Position numbers and translations under genes: made by a program. The notes under the pieces are model-generated. The model had not been told where the DNA came from and did no database searches. It saw nothing but the letters and a program-made list of their open reading frames with translations. Shown piece by piece: positions 25,300 through 38,388 of a DNA stretch of 64,000 bases. Positions within the stretch are counted from its first letter, which is position 1. Each line of letters starts with the position of its first letter. The DNA comes from Lama glama. Taxonomy: Eukaryota. The stretch lies in NCBI GenBank assembly GCA_028534125.1, contig CM052816.1, positions 33,296,001-33,360,000 on the forward strand, in the 5' to 3' direction.

Positions 25300-26300
25300 A
25301 ACAAAGAGCCCGTCATCCGCGCACGGGCGCATTTTCTCTTTCATTTGACTTTTGGCCCTGGGAGGTGTAGTGCAGCTGCGGGATGCTAGACCTTCACAGC
25401 AGAGAATTTAAGCCAGCCTTATCCCTGACCGTCGTCATTAGCTCCTTATTTGTGTTCGTATTTTCCCAGCTGTATTTACTGCCACGAAGAATTCTTCCAC
25501 AATTAATTGGCCACGGGCCACCCTGTCTGAGGCAAACCCACACACGCAGGTGGCCAGGTTTCAGCCCGCCCACACTCCACGCGGAATCAGTCCATCTTCC
25601 GGCGACCAATCAGCACTCCGCACGCTGCCGCGCCAGCCAATCCAAGAGAACACACGTTGCTCCTGCCAACTTCTGCCCCTAGCCCCGCGGAGCACCGAGT
25701 TCGAGCCGGGGACGTGGCTGGGGGTTCGGCCCGCTTTTCCCGGAAGAGCTTGAGGCCTTCCAATTGGCTGAGACTGGTAACGGCTTGGCACCCATTGGCT
25801 GCTGCCGCCCGCGGCCGCGGAGGCGGGGAAGCCGACAGCGCTCTAAGTGATGAGCTGGAAAGCAGTGAGTATTGTGTGTCTGTCTCGCGTGCGCCTGAGT
25901 CCGTACCTCTGCTCGCTTCACCTCAGGTAACAGTGAGTAGTGGCATGGAAGTGAGACGGCCTGGCGGGAGGACATCAGGGGCGTCTTCCCCGAGCCGTTC
26001 CGGGCTGTGGGTGAGGGAGACAGGGTGGAGGTCCGGGATGGCTGAGCCGGCTGCGGGCGGGTGTGGACCTCACAGGTGAGAGAGAAGTCGCCGGGGAAGG
26101 GTCGCGCTGGAGGATCCCAGGGCTTGCACCTCGCCTCTCTAGCCAGCTCACCAATGTTAGGACGCCGATTAGGCCTCTGTTACTCCATCTGTTAAATGGG
26201 GGAAGGCGGGTAATAACCTCGCCTCGGTGGCCTCGGTGAAGATTCATAGAGATCACGTTCTGTGACGGGCACGGTGCTTCTGGTTCTTAGTGGATGCACA
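25300..26300 (+). promoter_or_regulatory. STARD4: STARD4 CpG-island promoter with GC box, SRE-like and multiple CCAAT elements
   Basis: CpG-rich; CCCGCCC at ~25565, ATCAGTCCAT at 25586-25595, CCAAT at 25606, 25637 and 25760, ATTGG at 25506, 25763 and 25794. Confidence 0.8.
25830..26075 (+). other. STARD4: STARD4 first exon region (5' leader) with alternative donors; TSS not determinable
   Basis: Donor-like sites CA|GTGAGT (25865), AG|GTAACA (25927), CA|GTGAGT (25933) and AG|GTGAGA (26076) downstream of the CCAAT cluster. Confidence 0.55.
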
Positions 26301-28018
26301 GACAACAGAAGGTCCATCCCCTCATACCAGGCCCTGACGGAGTTGTTGATGACAAGGGCAGTGTTTTCCAGGTGCTTACTGTCTTCCAAGTTCAGTACTA
26401 AATGTATTAACTCTTGTGATTCCTCAGTAAGTTAGTGTTGCTCTAATTTACAGTTAAGAAAGATTACCTGAGATTCTGTAGGTTCAGGAGCCAGGACAAA
26501 ACGCGACAAACTCAATATGATGTCAGGTTTTTAATGTAAAGTCTCTTCCAGTCTGCGATCGGCTTCCAGTGTTTTGCCCAGTAGACCTTTGGTCTCTGAA
26601 GGCAGAGGTCCTGGATTGGAATTCTCTCTTCATCACTTATTAGCTGTGATCTTGGACAAGTGACAATCTCCTCATTCATACTTTCAATTTCTGTAAAATA
26701 TAGATAGTAGAATTGGCTCTTTAGGTTGTTTATGAGGGTTAAGAGAAATAATACAATTTAAAGTGGCCAGAAAGACTGATCACTTAGTAAACGATCAATA
26801 AATGTTAGCTATTATTTTTAATAAAAGATTAGAGCATTAGAAGCTTGAACATTAGCTTAGACTTAAACTTAAAGCTGTGACATTATTAAAATTTAACATT
26901 GTCTTAACAGTTGTAAAATGTCTCAGTGGTGTTGTAAAGCCTGTCCTAAAATAAGTGGAAGTGAGCCCTGAATCAGGAGTATTAGTCCCACTGCAGAAGT
27001 AGGCTTCCCTGTTACATTTCTGCTACAACCGTTGTTAAACCTTGACTGAATTGGAAAGGCTAAATTACCAATTCAAGACTGACTGAAAATTAAGTATATG
27101 CTGCAAAATTTTTATGTTAGGTAGAAAATATAATTTAATTTACAAAGCCTTGGTTTGCACATCTTGGGGAACATCTGAGGCATGTTACATTGAAGCTATT
27201 CACATAAATGAAACCCATATCAATCAGATAATGGAAGGTTAAACAGTTCTGATGTGAGCTTCTTTAGTAAGTGAATTCTGACTTAATCATGCTACATAAC
27301 TACAGGTATTTATGGCATTCACTTTTTATTAGAGGTTAAAACATTTATTATGTTAAATACTTAAATAGAACCTATGGTCATTTCACTGACATTTAACAAA
27401 AAATGGAACAAAGACTGGTCAAAGACTCTGGTGCTGACAGAGGATCTCAAGAAAAAATTTTAACTTGTGAAAGCTGTCCACTCTCTGATGGCAGCCACTG
27501 TCTACATGAGTGATCACTTTAAAAACAAGCATAGAAAAGATGAACAAAAAGGTTAGTTTAAAGTAAGGAAAAAATAAAGGTAACATTACTCAGCACGTGG
27601 CTATAGAGTTGTCAAGAGTGTATAACCTTTTATAAAGAGCTATTAGATTCTGATATAGTTAAATGGTACCTGTTTTCTCTGATGTGTAAGTTGGAGTTGA
27701 AGAGTTTCCTAATAGAAGGGCAAGAAGGAGAATAAAAGAAATAGAGAGATAAAGGTATTTAAAACATTTCCTGATGTTCTCCACAGATGGAGATCGCAGT
27801 AGGGCATATTTTGTGCTTTCTTTTCAACTAATGTGACTGCCCTGTTACATTAGGAGAGCACCAAGACCTGCCCCTAACCCCTGCCTTGGTTCTGGAATAT
27901 ATTTTGAGAGATGCTCTGTCTTGCCTGCCCACACACGGATTTCAGTTTAGACAGTAACTGTTATTCCTTTTTGGATTTAATCCTGATGAAAAAAATCCAT
28001 GCAAGAATTAACTGCCTG

Positions 28019-28673
28019 CCATTATGGAAAACAGTATGGAGATTCCTTAAAAAACTAAAAATAGATCTAACCCTATGATCCAGCAATCCCACTCCTGGGC
28101 ATATATCCAGAGGGAACTTTAATTTGAAAAGATACATGCACCCCAGTGTTCATAGCAGCACTATTTACAATAGCCAAGACATGTAAACAACCTAAATGTC
28201 CATTGACAGATGACTAAAGAAATTGTGGTATATTTCTACAATGGAATACTACTCAGCCATAAAAAATAAAATAATGCCATTGCAGCAACATGGATGGACT
28301 CAGAAATTGTCATTCTAAGTAAAGTAAGCCAGAAAGAGAAAGAAAAATACCGTATGATATATCACTTATATGTGGAATCTAAAAAAAAGACAAATGAACT
28401 TATTTACAAAACAGAAACAGACTCACAGACGTAGGAAACAAACTTACGGTTACCAGGGCGGGAAGGCGAGAGGAAGGGATAAATTAGGAGGTGGAGATTT
28501 GCAGATACTAACTATATAAAACAGACAATTTCTTCTGTATAGCACAGGGAACTATATTCAGTATCTTGTAGTAACCTATAATGAAAAATATGAAAATGAG
28601 TATCTGTATGTATATGTAAGACTGAACTATTATGCTGTACACCAGAAATTGACATTGTATTTAAAAAAAAAAG
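28019..28673 (+). mobile_element. 5'-truncated L1 3' end
   Basis: L1 ORF2-end/3' UTR text, A tail, and a perfect 15-bp TSD AGAATTAACTGCCTG (28004-28018 / 28674-28688). Confidence 0.9.
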
Positions 28674-29862
28674 AGAATTAACTGCCTGGTTAAATACTTT
28701 ATTGAGCTAAAAGAGAGCTTTCCAAGATTATACTTACTTTGCTCCTTTTCCTACCTCCAACTCTACCACCTCTAAAGAGGCTCATTAATAGGAATTTTTA
28801 ATGTTTTTCTTATTGTTATTGAATTCAAAGTTTATTTAAAGGGTAGAATAAGTCAACTTTGAGACCAGAGGCTGGATTACATCCATTTCTATAGTTCTCG
28901 GACCTGGTATATAGTAGATGCTTGGTAAATAAAATAGTAGACCGCCTTGAGAAATTGTTGTGTTTCATTATGGTAAGGGAAGTTTTGGTCATTCAGAAGC
29001 TCAAGGATGATTGGTGTAAACAGGCCCACCTTAGATATCTTGAGATCTTCCATTAAGTGAGACCAGTAGCTTACTGTCTACCAATTTTCTGCTTTTTTAT
29101 TCACTGGGTTCCTACTTCATCGTAGACATAAGGAGTGTAAAATTGAACAAGTCACATTTCCTGCCCTCAAAGTTTTTACAGTTAAATGGGAGAAGTTGAC
29201 AGGTGAAAATTATAGTATAGAGTTGCCAAGAGAAAACACTGGAGTGGGAGCTAACATAACCTTTACGGGAGTCCAGGAGAAGACGAGTAGAAATTGGACA
29301 GTAAGCTCTGCCAAAATGTAAAAGGTCCATAAGCCATATTAAGGAATTTGGACTTTATACTAACCTGTAGGAGTGAATGATAACTAAGCTAAACACCTTA
29401 AAGATTTAGATTCTCATCTTTACAGGTAGTTTTTTTTATTACTTACTTTTTGTGTGCTAGATTTGCATAAAGATAATGTTATCTATGCTAACAGTACCTT
29501 TCCGTCTTATCTGTGATTTCTATCAAAGAGTTTTGAAAAAATACTCTTCCTGCCAGCCACAGGAACCTGGCGGGCGACCTTTGCATTTAAAGACTGTTGT
29601 TTAATCATAATGATCCCAGTAATTTCTTTTGCAATTCCTAAGAACTCATGCTTGTTTATAACATACCCTTAAATAAGGTCATTGTATGGCTGTCTTTTCA
29701 GTGGAATGGGGAGATGTTCCTGACAGGCAGACTTTTTGAATGAGCTCATCCACTTTTAGTCTATGGGTAGGATCTATACTTTCTGAACATTTTGCATCAC
29801 TTATATAGATCCTAAATTCTATATTATTGAATTTTCTTTCCATATATACTGTCCCAAGTTTC

Positions 29863-30430
29863 TGAAGGGATTTGCCACCCCAAAACATGCTATTTTGGGA
29901 TAAAGATTACTTTGAGCTGAAGGCAATTAAGCAGCAGCAAACGCAGAAAGCACTGTTTTCACTTCCACTATCTGCCTGAAAGTAGGATATCAATTTCCTT
30001 TTGTGAAGGTCTTCCTTTTACCCTCTCTTATACCAGGAGAATAACAGCTATCACTAGAGACAGAAGGGTGGCATTGAGATGGTCTGCACAAACTTTACTA
30101 AAATAGCCCTTCTCTTCTATTAGTTTCTTCCCATATATTTGTCTTCCCATAATTTACCAACCCTAGAAGCTTAAACTCCTTTCCCCTTGTCTTGTCATTT
30201 CTCCACCATTTATCACCCTTTTTTAAAATGGTGTATAAGCTCGTGGAAATAATTGCTTCTTTGGGTCTCCAGTTGTTTTCTCTGAAGGCCTCCTTGCATA
30301 TAAAAATTAAAATATAGCATCAAATAAACTTTGTCTTCTTCTGTTAATCTATCTTTTGTCAATTTAATTTGCAGGTCCCAGAGAGAGAACTAAGAGAATA
30401 GAGGAAGGGTTTTTTTTTTCCTTCCCTGCA
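29863..30430 (+). mobile_element. ERV1 solo LTR (MER34-like)
   Basis: gccaccccaaaacatgc...tttgagctgaaggcaatt 5' motif; tctgttaatctatcttttgtc...ttccttccctgca 3' end. Confidence 0.7.
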
Positions 30431-30682
30431 CTTCTGTATCATTTTAATGTTTATCATGTTTAATGCCTTATATGCTCTGCTTTGTGCTATTTAAATATTG
30501 TTTATAGCACTGATTTATTTTTGTCACCTTAGTTTTTAGATCAGTGGTTCTCACTCCTGGCTGGATAACAGAATGATCAGTGAGGCATTTTAAAGGACCT
30601 AGATTTCTGGGACCTACTCCAGAACAGACCCACTGAATCAGACTATCTGGCTGCGGGCCCTGAAATCTAATATCCAAAACAG

Positions 30683-31095
30683 AGTCAAAGAAAACCAGAG
30701 GCAGGTGGATGTTAAAGTGGTAAAGGTAAATCTTATTCAAGAACTATTGTGAGAGTGGAAAGAAACATTGGTATTGCGTTGGGCTCCATTCTGAATACAA
30801 CAAGGGCAACCAGGGGTTTATAGCAAAGGAGCAAAGTGGTGTCAGTGAATGGAAAATTACAGTGAGGAGACATTAGGATAAGAGAGATTTCACCCTAGAC
30901 CTACCTGACAGGATTGTTGCTGAAGGTAGGCCAGGGTGGTAAGACTGGGGATGAGGTAAGGAAATTTGAGGATAGGGGATTTTCACCAAACTGACTCAGC
31001 AGGAGTGGACTAAGGGGTCCAAGGACAGGCCCAAGAGCTAGGCCTAGTCCAAAGGGAGACTTAGAGGAGCCTGACCAAGGAGGGAGTCTTTGTCA
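30683..31095 (-). mobile_element. ERV1 solo LTR (MER31/MER67 group) nested in a MER5-type MITE (~30541-31170)
   Basis: aagaaaaccagag...ttattcaagaactattg...gaggagcctgaccaaggagggagtctttgtca; MER5-like cagtggttctca...cactgaatcagac lies to the left. Confidence 0.55.
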
Positions 31096-31957
31096 TCATT
31101 AGCAACTGCTACAAGTGCTAACAAAGGTGGTTCTGCTATATGCACCTGTAGCTGAGAATTGCGTTCTCATTCTCATAGAGGCTTGAGCCTTGATATATCA
31201 TTTGGATCTTTTCTTGATCTTCTCTTCAGTAGTAACTTGATGATTCTGTAAATGGACAACCTCCTTTAGCCTTTTACTGGAGAGTACCATGGCACCAAAA
31301 GGAGACAAAATTAAGACCACATAATTCATGTTTTGAAGCAAACACACTTCAACAAATATTAAGGGCCAACGGTGTTCCAGGAAGTGTTATAGTTGGTGGG
31401 GATATAGTAGTGAAAAAGGCAGACAAGGGGCAATGTCTCTATTAGTTGGGGACGTGGTGGTCAAAGAATAAAGTATAGTACAGCAATATATAAACAAGTT
31501 AATTTCACATAGTGATACACTAAGAAGAAAATAAAAGAAGGGTATAATAGTGATTTGGGGAAGAATGTAGTAAGGACAGGAAGTTTAAACTGAAGTTGTC
31601 ATTACAAGTTGTTACTATTCATGCTAAGATTTGGGATCTAGTAATTCAGGCAGAGAAATAATAGCAAGATAAAAGGCCCAAAGTCAGTGACAGCCTTGGC
31701 CTATTTAAGGTGCGGAAAGAAAACCAACTGAACATTGTAGACAATGGTATGTGATGACAGTGAGAAGTGGAATCTCCTAATTCCTATTAAGGTTGACTCC
31801 AAGGCTTTTGATTTTGAGCAGCTGGCTCAGTTACCATTTTAATAGTAAAATTATTAAGATGAGGAAGACTGAGGCAAATTGAAGGAAGCCTGGGGAAGCA
31901 AGAGATGCCCATTAGGCATGAAGTTCTAAATAGGCTTCTTGATCTGGGACTTGGATC

Positions 31958-31980
31958 TGTGTGTGTGTGTGTGTGTGTGT
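31958..31980. repeat. (TG)11 microsatellite
   Basis: Seen directly. Confidence 0.9.
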
Positions 31981-33040
31981 CTGTCTCTGTCCCTTTCCCT
32001 CCCCCTTTTTTCCTCCCTTCCTCTTCTTTCCACCTGGGTTTTTCCACACATCAGCCTCAGGAAAACCATATTTCTTGTACGCCTACACTTTGATCAAAGG
32101 CTCCCAGAGCGATTATTCTAAGAGAAACCTACAGAGAATGCACAGATTTTTCTAATTTAACTGTGGAAGTCATGCAGCATCACAGACTCCACCTCTTGAT
32201 GGGAAGTGTGTCAAAGAATTTGCAGCAATGTTTTAAAACCATCATATTATAGACTCTCTCATTATGTTAATCTTTCCAGGTTAGTAACCATTTCCCTTTA
32301 AAAGTACTGTTGAACAGTAGCTTGTATTTGGAATTATTAATGATATAGTACTTTCCTCTTTATAGTTAAAATTATAAACTACTTATTTATGCTGTGCTGG
32401 TGGTTCTGGAATCTTCATCTGAATTCCTTCCTTACACAGATACCTCACTGAATCATGTAACACTTCATCAAATGATATAAAATACTGAAGACAGTGGAGT
32501 TCTCTAAACTTTTGAAATTGTTCAGAGTTCTGTAGCCCTATCCTTAAAGGATATGAGAAGAGGTTTCCAATTGTGCTTGTCATTTGTTTGCTAGAATGAG
32601 TCCTATATCTACTAGATGGTAAAATGAAAATTTTCAACTACTGACTCTCTGAGGACTTTAAAAAGAGTTTATGCCTTGTGTATTATTTTTGTATTTTGGA
32701 AAGAGATATATTTTTTAAGTTATCTGGAATTTTATAATTTATTCCTTTTGCTTAGATTTTTATTAGAAAGAGAAATAAGATGGTATTTTATTTCTTATAT
32801 GAGTTAATTTAAAACTCAAGATATGTGATTCTTGTCCCTGTATGTCCCACACCTTAGAAACTTTTATTAAAATAAACCTATGCCCAGGTTCTACCCTCAG
32901 AGATTCTGACTGGTTGATTTGGGGTGGGGTCCAGGTATAGGTGATTCTATTATGAAGACAGATTTGAGACCCACTGATGTACTGAATCAAACTGTGGTAT
33001 TTGCAGTTGCTAATCTTAGTTTCTGTAACAGGAAAATCAA

Positions 33041-33145
33041 ATGGAGAGCCTGCCTGATGCAGCTGTTTTGGCAACTAGACTGAAAAACACTCTCATACAG
33101 TACCATAGCATTGAAGATGATAAGTGGCGAGTTGCTAAGAAAATG
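33041..33145 (+). CDS. STARD4: STARD4 (StAR-related lipid transfer protein 4) coding exon 1
   Basis: Acceptor aacag|G at 33032 and ATG at 33041; [35 protein letters not shown]; donor GTAAGT at 33146. Confidence 0.95.
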
Positions 33146-34080
33146 GTAAGTTAGTTAAAGTACTTATATTTGGGGTATGTCTTCTGTCTAATGCGTTGGT
33201 GGATGACCTTCAAAACAGTATGGGAAAATATGGACCATGTTTTAGATGGATATGCAGGATAGATAACTGTGCTAATAAAATTGGTGGTTTAACAACTCAC
33301 AAAGGCAGAAACATAGTAATCCTGTGTTCACTGGTTCTTCAGATACTGGACATGAGAATAGACTCATGGCAACAAGATCCTGAAGAGCTGCCTCTTAAAT
33401 CAATAAATATATGTGTCAGTATTGATTTAAGGAAGTATAGCAATTGATAGTTTGAAATAGTTTCAGATATTTTAACAAGCCTGGGAGGATGGCCAGTTAG
33501 TATTCTTTTTTACCAATATGATTTTCCCAAACTATCACATAGCTGAGTGTTGATAGAGCCAACCCTAGGACCCAGGACTATACTAGTTAAGTGCTCTAGC
33601 TATTCTGATATTCAGAATTTCTTGGGAAATGATCTGGAAAAAAATGCAGGGACTAATTCAGGGTAGCACTGTCATAATAGATGTGAATTGGTTAATTTAA
33701 AAAAGACATATGAGTAAGTTCAGAATGAAATAGTTCTATTATCTTAGTCTAAATGTGTCAGTAATGGTAAATAGACGAGATTGGAATGAGGCAAATAATA
33801 ATGGCTAATGAGATAGTGTCATCACTGAATCTTATCAGTGTTTGGGTATCGTTAAGCTACTGAAGAATCTTTTATGGAGGTCTGTAATTTAAGTACTTTT
33901 GAATACAGAAGAAATTCAAATATGGATTATTTTGTGGTATAAATGACTTTTATGTATCTCTTTGAATATTTACTTAAATTTTATTTTCATGCAAAAACTC
34001 TAGACTTTATGAAATTGTCAGTTTTATATCCAGATTTCCACCTATATAATAATCACCATACATTGGTTTTGTTTTTCTAG

Positions 34081-34130
34081 AAAGATGTAACGATTTGGAG
34101 GAAACCTTCAGAAGAATTTAATGGATATCT
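34081..34130 (+). CDS. STARD4: STARD4 coding exon 2
   Basis: ttctag| KDVTIWRKPSEEFNGY(L) |gtaagc; 50 nt. Confidence 0.95.
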
Positions 34131-36129
34131 GTAAGCAAAGTTTTATGTAGCTCTTAAGACATTGTTAAACTTCAAATATATAAACAAATACACACATGAT
34201 CACTAAATGATCATTGCTAGTAAAATTTGGCTTCTGCTTTTAAGATTTTAAATTTTCTGAGAAGCAAATCATGTTATGAATCCAAAGCCTTTAAAATGTC
34301 CATATCTCTTGTGGACTGAATTGGTGGTGAGGGGATCATAAATAATGATATCAAATGGCTGATAAAATCTTAATTTCTTAGCATGGTGTATAAGACCCTT
34401 CTAATATTCCTTCTATATTTACTCAGTGCTCTAGCATACTTTATTCTAAGAATTTATCTTGAAGAAATTATCAGAAAGATAATAGTTATTTAAGTACTTG
34501 TCTCTTCCATCACAGCATTACTTCCAACATTAAAAATTATAAACAACTTGAATAATCAAAGTTGGAGAATGATTGAATTATAAAACGTGATATTAGACGT
34601 CTTTAAAAAACGTATTTTCAGATATTATTTAAAAACATAAGAAAATGCTCAAGAAATAATGTAAAGGGAGTAAAGCAGAATACTAAACTGTATGTAGCAC
34701 AATCATAGGTTGAGTTTAAGTATATATTTTTATGTATTAAATGTTTTTATTTAACAAAATATATACCTCTAGATGGCAGTTTTATGGGTGATTTTTATTT
34801 GTTTTTTGTTTTTTGTTTTTTGCATATGAATTGAGTTGCATATGAGTTGAATGTGAATTATGCCTTTAACCAGTAAAAAAAATATTGTTTTGTAAAGCCA
34901 GTGGAGATGGTTGCCTGGTGAAATTGGAGTGGAATATTCACATCCTTGGGACTCGGCACTTTTAAAAATGACACTGTTGGCCCCACTTACTATATACAGA
35001 ATGTTTTGAAGTATAATACCAAAGATACCATTTCCAGAAAGATAAATTATACAATATTTATGACAAGGACAGGGAAATGAGTCGGATTAAGCATTGTAAG
35101 CAAGGATGAAAGTTAATTGTTTTAGATCAGTAATTCCCGTGAGGGTTGAAGAAGTGTGAGAAGTGCCAAGGGAGCACTATGCTTGGTGACAGGGAAAAAC
35201 TTCATAGAGGAGCTAATATTAGAGCTGAGTCCTGGAGGAAGAATAGATATTTCTTAGAGAATGGAGGAAAGGAAATATTAATAGTCTAGGCAGAGGGAAT
35301 TGCACATACTACATGAACACAGATGGGAAACACTTTTAGGAGTTTGTTTAGGGAAGATGAAGTTGTGTTTGTATAGCTGGAGCATACAGTATGGGGTGGG
35401 GAGAGCATGTCTGAAGGATTTTTGAATTCTAAACTAAGGAATTCAGTTTTGCACTTATCATCTGCTCACCTGTCACCCCCTACCTCCCAAATCCTCAAAG
35501 GATTTTGCATTTACTCTAATAACATTGTGAAGGACAGAAATGAGCATGGAAATTATAGAGAAGTAATTTTATCCTGGAGTTCCACAGCTAGCTTCTTGAA
35601 GTGTTCCTAAGATTGTATGCAAAGTTTTGTGACAATGTGTATATTCCTTGGAAGTGAGCTGTGATCTTTTTTAAAGATTCTTAAAGAGATATGTGATCAA
35701 AAGAGCCAGAAACTGATGCAATCTTGAGTTGGACACAAGAGTTCCCAAATTAAGGACCTAGCATGGGAGTTGAAAAGGACAACTTAATGTGAATGAGATT
35801 TATGATAGTGATGGTGGTGATAACGATGTTGGTGATGATAACGAACACTTATTGAGAACCAGATATTGTTCTAAGCACTTTACATCTGGGAAATCATCTT
35901 GATAAAACATGGTGTCTTATTAGTTCTGACTGTTGGAATGGGTTAAAGGAAAAAGAAGAGTCAAAGCTGAATTCCACGTTTCTAACTTGGGTGCCTGAAT
36001 TAGTTTGTATTCCACCCCCACAACATACCCCAAGTTAGAGAACACAGGCAGGAAGACCAGATTTAGGATGGGGAAATAATAGAAGCTTGAGCTTTAGATA
36101 TTCACAAAATGATTTTAAAAAGTTTCAGA

Positions 36130-37250
36130 TGCTTTACGAAAAAGAAAAAAGACCCCACAAAACATTACTGGTAGAGTCAAAGCCAATCTATCTCTTCTCT
36201 TCTTTCCTCCCCAGAGGTAACTACTGTCTTGAAGTTGTATATATTATTCCTGTTTCATGCTTTGACCATGTTTGTCTGTGTGTTTTCTTTAGTAATTTGC
36301 ATTAATTTTTCAGTGTTATGTTTTCAAGATTTACCCATGTTGTTACATGTTGATCTGTTCTTTCACTTCTATTTGAGTATACCACAATGTGTTTATCTGT
36401 GTTTGCAGATTTGCCTACTGAAAAATGTTTAGACTGTTGCCAGTTCTTTCCTATAAGGTACAGTGGTATAGTAAACTTTTTGGTACATGTGTCCTGCATG
36501 CTTAGGGACATACATCATTCAACTTAACTAGACATTGCCAAATTGCTCTCTAAAATGGTGACAGCAGTTTGACAGCTCTCATTCCCCTCCAGTACTTGTT
36601 ATTAAGTTTTTAATTTCTGCCAGTCTCAGGGATGTGAGGTGGTACCTTGCTGGTAATTACTTGATTATGAGTGAAGTTGAGCATCTCTTCTAAATTTATT
36701 GACATTTCAAGCTATCTTAACATATCCTTTGCCCATCTTTTCTTTGGATTTCCTTTTTCCCATTGATTTATATAAATTAATTTTATACCCTCTATAATAA
36801 GTATTTGTCTTTTTATACATGTTATACTTCTTCCAGTCTGGCTAGTTTTTAAAGAAAAGAAATTACTTATTTTGTCATTTGTGGTATGCAGGTTTTTAAT
36901 TTTAGCCATCTTGTATTATTTTTGTTTTTGTGTGTTTTATATATTCAAGAAATCCCCCTGTACCCTGAGGTCACAAAGATGGTTACTTACATATTTTTCT
37001 CAAAGTTTAAAAATTTTACATTTTACATAGCAGTCTTTTTTCTATCTGGAATTAATTGTTCTGAATGGTGTGAAGTAAGAATTCAGGTTTATTAGGATGA
37101 CTATTGAGTCCAAGCACCATTTTTGAAATAGCACATCTTTTTCCCACTGATATGTAATGCCACCTTTGAAATATGTAAGGTTCTGATATTATTCATAAGT
37201 CAACCCTCGGTGTTATATTCCTGGGTGACCTATTTTTCTATTTCTAATAA
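36130..37250 (-). mobile_element. Ancient L1 (L1M-type) fragments
   Basis: Degenerate antisense L1 text: cccagaggtaactact, ttgccaaattgctctc, gaagttgagcatctcttc, ccaagcaccatttttgaa. Confidence 0.6.
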
Positions 37251-37261
37251 AAAGGTGTTTT

Positions 37262-38388
37262 TTGGTGGGGGAGGGATAAATAAGGAGTTTAGAATTATCA
37301 GATACACACTACTATATATAAAATAAACAAAGACCTACTGTATAGCACAGGGAACTATATTCAATACATTTTAATAACTGATACTGGAAAAGAATCTGAA
37401 AAAGAATATATATATAAATGTAACTATGTAACTGAATCACTTTGCTGTACACCAGAAATCAACTATACTTCACTTTAAAAAAGTATTTAAGTCTGTGTAA
37501 AAATATGCATATACCTAATTATTAGAGAAATGCAAATCAAAATCACAATGAAGTATCACCTTACACCAGTCAGAATGGCAATCATCAAAAAGTTTACAAA
37601 TAATAAATGCTGGAGAGGGTGTAGAGAACAGGCAACTCTCTTCTACTGTTGGTGGGAATGTAAATTGGTGCAGCCACTATGGAGAACAGTCTGGAGGTTC
37701 CTTAAAAAACTAAAACTAGACTTACCATATGATCCAGCAATCCCTCTCCTGGGCGTATATCCAGAGAAAACTCTTAATTCAAGAAGACACATGCACTCCA
37801 GTGTTCACAGCAGCACTATTTACAATAGCCAAGACATGGAAGCAACCTAAATGTCCATCAGCAGATGAATGGATAAAGAAGATATGGTATGATATGTGTA
37901 TGTGTGTGTATATGTATATATAATGTTGCAATATATATAACTCAGCCATAAAAAAGAATGAAATAATTCCATTTGCAGCAGCATGGAGGGACCTAGAGAT
38001 TATCATACTAAGTAAGTTAGACAAAGAAAAGACAGATATTGTATGATATTTCTTATATGTGGAATCTAAAAATCTAAAAAAAAAATTATACAATGAATTT
38101 ATTTCCAAAAAAGAAACAGACTTGCAGACATAGAAAACAAACTATGGTTACCAAAGGGGAAAGCAGGGGGAGGGGTAGATTAGGAGTTTGGGATTAGCAG
38201 ATACTACTATATATAAAACAGATAAACAACAAGGACCTACTATATAGCACAGGGGACTATATTTAATATCCTGTAATAAACTATAATAGAAAAGAATCTG
38301 AAAAATTATATATATATATAAACTGAATCACTGCTGTACAACAGAAACTAACACAACTTTGTAAATCAGCTATAGTTCAATTAAAAAA
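37262..38388 (+). mobile_element. Two tandem L1 3' ends (37262-37482 and ~37515-38388)
   Basis: Both contain tatagcacaggg(a/g)actatatt...aaagaatctgaaaaa...actgaatcac; the second encodes [21 protein letters not shown]...YDPAIPLLG. Confidence 0.85.

Noticed and set aside
27403..27557. Exon-like stretch in STARD4 intron 1 (ATG...AAG|GTTAGT)
   Set aside because: Early stop, no convincing acceptor, and no recognisable homology.
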